A stretch of DNA of 64,000 bases from an uncultured Candidatus Binatia bacterium (GTDB lineage Bacteria > Desulfobacterota > Binatia > UBA9968 > JAJDTQ01). A program made the position numbers and the translations under genes. The DNA lies in NCBI GenBank assembly GCA_965204205.1, contig OZ241976.1:2922322-2986321 (forward strand), given 5' to 3'. Shown piece after piece: positions 60,773-64,000 of the stretch. The notes under the pieces were generated by a model that worked only from the letters and a program-made list of their open reading frames with translations, was not told the DNA's origin and ran no database searches. Each line of letters opens with the position of its first letter. Position 1 is the first letter of the stretch.

Positions 60773-61363
60773 CTACGAGGACGGCTTTTGAGTCCGGACG
60801 ACGAAATGCGCACGCCGGTTCTTGCCCCAACACTCCTCCGAGTTCGTCCCACAGACCGGGAGTTCTTCACCGTAACTGATGGTGGAAAGGCGATCCGGAG
60901 CATTTCCCAGCGTAACGAGATAGTCCTTGACCGCCTGAGCCCTTCGGGCACCCAAGGCAAGATTGTACTCGTTGGTGCCCCTGTTGTCCGCATGACCTTC
61001 GATCTCTATCGAGACACCGGGGTTCTGCTTGATCCAGTCGGAGTTCCGCTGCAACACATCACGGGCTGCCTCTCCCAACTCGGAGCGGTCGAAGTCGAAG
61101 AAGATGTCGGCCAGCGCGCCCTCTTCGGGAAGGGTGCCTTCCTTGTGCGCGGTGAGGCTGTCCGTGCCCACCGTCTTGATGTCGCCCGGCTGGACGGATC
61201 CCTGCGACAGGGTGCCCTCGGTGATGTTGCCCTGATCGGCGGGGTTTCCCGCCGTGGCCGACGGGTCCGTCGCCTGCTCGCCCGGCTCGGGCGGCGGGAC
61301 ACAGGAGACAAGCAACAGAAGAGACAGGGAACAAGACAGCAGGACAAGCGCTTTTCTTATCAT
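60773..61363 (-). CDS. pal: peptidoglycan-associated lipoprotein Pal (OmpA-like)
   Basis: Lipobox LLVSC, OmpA-like peptidoglycan-binding domain (FDFDRSEL ... NRRAHF). Confidence 0.85.
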   Translation of the reverse strand: MIRKALVLLSCSLSLLLLVSCVPPPEPGEQATDPSATAGNPADQGNITEGTLSQGSVQPGDIKTVGTDSLTAHKEGTLPEEGALADIFFDFDRSELGEAARDVLQRNSDWIKQNPGVSIEIEGHADNRGTNEYNLALGARRAQAVKDYLVTLGNAPDRLSTISYGEELPVCGTNSEECWGKNRRAHFVVRTQKPSS

Positions 61364-61436
61364 CCGTTCACTTTCTTGCCTTCCCCGGGGCCGGGTTGGA
61401 ACGATTCGACAAGGATAGACTCAACCAGGAACAAGG

Positions 61437-61459
61437 AAATTGTGAAAACAAATTGTGAA
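61437..61459. promoter_or_regulatory. two direct copies of AAATTGTGAA in an AT-rich spacer upstream of pal
   Basis: Repeats at 61437-61446 and 61450-61459 in a locally AT-rich tolB-pal spacer, about 75 nt upstream of the pal ATG. Confidence 0.25.
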
Positions 61460-61465
61460 TCAAAC

Positions 61466-62824
61466 TCATTGTAGCCGGGGGGACCACGAAGGATGTGTAT
61501 CATTTGCCGTGGAGCCTGTCAAACGTCGCTGACTCTCGCCGTCCCGCCGCATCGTATAGATTCGACGGGATCCGGTGCGGTCCGAGGTAAAGGCGATGAA
61601 CCGGCCGTCCGGCGACCACGACGGATCTTCGTCGTTGTGGCGGTTCGCGGTGATCATGCGATGCTCGCTGCCGTCGGCGCGAATGGTGAATATGTTCATG
61701 ACGCCGTTGGCTCTTCCCGCGAAGGCGATCAGCTCCCCGCTGGGCGACCAGTCGGGCGACTGGTTGTAGTTCCCCTTGAACGTCAGCCGCCGGATCTCCC
61801 CGGTGGCGAGCTCGACGATGTAGATCTGGGGGGACCCATGCCGGTCGGACACGAACGCTATCCTTCGGCCGTCTGGCGACCAGGTGGGAGAGATATCGAT
61901 GCTCGCGTTCCGCGTCAGCCGCTCCACGATGTGGCCCTTGCGGTTCAACAGGTAGAGGTCCTGGTTGGCTTGCCGCTCCAGCGGCGTGGCAAGGTGTCGC
62001 CCGTCCGGTGACCACCGGCCGCGCAGGTTCAACCCGTCGCCGGTGGAGATCGGCGTCTCCCGGTTGGTGGTAAGGTCGAATCCCAGCACCTGTGGCTTGC
62101 CCGTCTTGAAGGAGAGATAGACGAGCCCCTTGCCGTCCGGGGTCCACGACGGAAACAGATTGATGGTGCGGTTGTTGGTGACCTTCTTCTTGTCCGTCCC
62201 GTCCAGATGCGACACGTAAATTTCCTTGAACCGGTCCTTGCCGGTGGACACATAGGCGATCCGGGTATCGAACGAACCTCGAACGCCGGTGAGCTTGAGG
62301 ATGATCTCGTCGACGAAACGATGGGCCATGCGCCGCGCGTCACGGATGTTGCCCCTGTACGTCTTTCCCAGGATAGGCGCCTGCCGGAATACGTCATGCA
62401 GCCAGAACTCGAACGCGACCCCTTCGCCGTCGACCCTGAAGCCGCCCTTGACGAGCCCTTCGGCTCCTATGGTCGCCCAGTCCCGATAGTCGAACTGGCC
62501 GCGCCGGATCCCGGTTCGCTGGGGATGCTCGATGTAGGCGGATCGGTCGATGATCCTGAACCAGCCGGAGCGGTCCAGGTCGTCCGCGATCACGTCGGCG
62601 ATGCGCTCGGAAAGGCGCTCGACGTCGTTGGGAATTCCAAGGTTCTTGAGCGGGGAGACCGCCATCCGGTAACGCTCGGCGCCGGGGCCGACGATCACAC
62701 CCCTGATCTGCGCCTGGACCGCCACCGGGAGCAGCCAGCACAGGATCAGCCCGGCGATGATCCACCGGGTCGCTAGAGGCCGTCCACCGCCCGATCCGCT
62801 GACACGACGCTCAAATGGCGGCAT
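61466..62824 (-). CDS. tolB: Tol-Pal system beta-propeller protein TolB
   Basis: N-terminal TolB domain and WD40-like propeller repeats. Start MPPFERRV (rc cat 62822-62824) with GGAGGA 6 nt upstream. The ORF-track extension into the MITE was rejected. Confidence 0.9.
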   Translation of the reverse strand: MPPFERRVSGSGGGRPLATRWIIAGLILCWLLPVAVQAQIRGVIVGPGAERYRMAVSPLKNLGIPNDVERLSERIADVIADDLDRSGWFRIIDRSAYIEHPQRTGIRRGQFDYRDWATIGAEGLVKGGFRVDGEGVAFEFWLHDVFRQAPILGKTYRGNIRDARRMAHRFVDEIILKLTGVRGSFDTRIAYVSTGKDRFKEIYVSHLDGTDKKKVTNNRTINLFPSWTPDGKGLVYLSFKTGKPQVLGFDLTTNRETPISTGDGLNLRGRWSPDGRHLATPLERQANQDLYLLNRKGHIVERLTRNASIDISPTWSPDGRRIAFVSDRHGSPQIYIVELATGEIRRLTFKGNYNQSPDWSPSGELIAFAGRANGVMNIFTIRADGSEHRMITANRHNDEDPSWSPDGRFIAFTSDRTGSRRIYTMRRDGESQRRLTGSTANDTHPSWSPRLQ

Positions 62825-62880
62825 GTTCCGTCCTCCCATGTTCCAGGAATCCTCTTCTTTCACGTCGAACACCCCACTAG

Positions 62881-63037
62881 TGTCGCGTCCCGCAAATAAG
62901 TGGCATAATTTGCTGGTCTTTTTCGCCGTCGGCTGCGTTGCTCTTCCTCGCGTGGTGCCCGCCACTGCTCGTCATCGCGCCTTGCCGACGACAAAAAATC
63001 CTGCGCAACTTATGCCACTTATTTGCGGGACGCGACA
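62881..63037. mobile_element. 157-bp MITE-like element, copy 3, flanked by CTAG / CTAG
   Basis: TIRs TGTCGCGTCCCGCAAATAAGTGGCATAA / TTATGCCACTTATTTGCGGGACGCGACA. Core collinear with copy 1. The right CTAG contains the TAG stop of the tolA-like gene. Confidence 0.7.
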
Positions 63038-64000
63038 CTAGCCATCCGAAGCGTCGGGCCGGAATTCGATCTCGACGTTCCCGAAGTCACGCGCATAGCG
63101 GGCCGGAGGCGGCGGCAAGCTGCTGGCGCGTACCGCCCGTACCACCGACTCGTCATAGGAAGGGTCCCCCGAGGACTTCAACAGCTTGAGACCGAAGATC
63201 TCCCCGTTGGCCCGAACCCCGAAACCGACGGTCACCTCGAGGTCCGTGCGTTTGCCGATCCAGGTCCAGCGTTCCTTGATCCGGCCGAGCATCTCGTTCC
63301 AATAGATCACGAACTCCCTGTCTCTGACGATGCCGCCGCCCGTGCCTCCGCCCGTGCCCGTACCCTTTGCGACCCGGGCCTCGCGCCGCAACCGGGCTCG
63401 CTCTCTGGCCGTGGCCAAGGCGTCGCCGATACGCCTGTCCTTCAGCCTTCGGACCAGCCGTGGGTCCTTCCCCGGATCGCGCTTGGGCTTCGGTTTCTTG
63501 GCGACCTTCTTGACGAGTTTCTTGGGAGTCTTGCGCGCGGGCTTCTTCCGCTTGACGACCTTCTTCGGCTTGGGTTTCTTGCGCTCGACGACCTTCTTCT
63601 TCGGTTTCTTGGGCTCCTTCTTGACCTTGGCCGGCGGCGCCTCTTTCTTCGGCTTCGGCGGTTCCGGCTTCCGCACGATCTTCTTGGGCGGAACCGGGAC
63701 CTTCTCCGGAGCCTCGACGGTTTCGGGCGGGTCCGGGACGGCGGGCTCGACGGCAACCTCGTCCAACGGATCTTCGTCGAGCGGCGGGAGCGGCTCGACA
63801 GGCAACGGTTCCGGCTCTTGCCGCTTGGGGCTTCGCGGTTCGGGCGGAGGCGCCGGCATGCTCCCCGCCACGAGGTCCACCGTGTACACGGGAATGGGAA
63901 GCTCCCGACGGGCGGTGCTCGACGGCACCACCAGCAACGTCAGGATCAGCACCAGATGAAGAGCGCCGGAAAAGCAGATCCACCATCTCAGCCGGTTGTC
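63038..64000 (-). CDS. TolA/TonB-like protein (partial, 5-prime end beyond the window)
   Basis: N-terminal TM segment, long Pro/Lys-rich periplasmic spacer (PKKPKK repeats), and a C-terminal TolA/TonB-type domain. The reading frame is open to the window edge. Confidence 0.6.
   Translation of the reverse strand, partial: DNRLRWWICFSGALHLVLILTLLVVPSSTARRELPIPVYTVDLVAGSMPAPPPEPRSPKRQEPEPLPVEPLPPLDEDPLDEVAVEPAVPDPPETVEAPEKVPVPPKKIVRKPEPPKPKKEAPPAKVKKEPKKPKKKVVERKKPKPKKVVKRKKPARKTPKKLVKKVAKKPKPKRDPGKDPRLVRRLKDRRIGDALATARERARLRREARVAKGTGTGGGTGGGIVRDREFVIYWNEMLGRIKERWTWIGKRTDLEVTVGFGVRANGEIFGLKLLKSSGDPSYDESVVRAVRASSLPPPPARYARDFGNVEIEFRPDASDG

Overview
This is a high-GC, Gram-negative-type chromosomal segment: it carries Tol-Pal, CcsA and lipoprotein Pal, and the phylum is not assignable from sequence alone. 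Most genes lie on the minus strand. Four blocks are visible. (1) 0.1-8.4 kb: ccsA, a LysM-containing lytic transglycosylase, a cupin, and a GldA/GldF-GldG-type ABC exporter operon with a DUF4340 partner. (2) 8.5-15 kb: a complete SOS mutagenesis cassette, lexA-imuA-imuB-dnaE2, preceded by a perfect palindromic candidate LexA operator, then an AT-rich brnT/brnA toxin-antitoxin pair that looks horizontally acquired. (3) 15-37 kb: an accessory catabolic island with an unusual enzyme mix. It holds a tandem-fused family-III CoA-transferase, a crotonase, a citryl-CoA-lyase-like protein, an ATP-dependent hydantoinase A/B pair, an SDR, a UbiD decarboxylase with no UbiX, a TctABC transporter with two TctC binding proteins, and an LLM oxidoreductase. 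No transcriptional regulator is evident in the island. (4) 37-64 kb: core housekeeping genes. These are leuDC, truA, asd, leuB, leuA, pssA, psd, ilvC, ilvN, ilvB, tsaB, rseP, dxr, cdsA, uppS, frr, pyrH, tsf, rpsB, rho, ribF, and cpoB-pal-tolB plus a tolA-like gene. Three unannotated repeat families overlay the genes. (a) A 157-bp MITE-like element is present in three copies of identical length. Each copy is flanked by CTAG, and each is inserted exactly at the TAG stop codon of a minus-strand gene (leuC, ilvC, tolA-like). Next to copy 2 sits a 17-bp fused-termini footprint. (b) A family of 112-139-bp nested inverted-repeat elements lies in three co-directional intergenic spacers, and its stems vary in a compensatory way. 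(c) A perfect 27-bp REP-like palindrome, TAGGGGCGACCGGCGGGTCGCCCCTAC, is confined to the catabolic island. No rRNA, tRNA or CRISPR array is visible.
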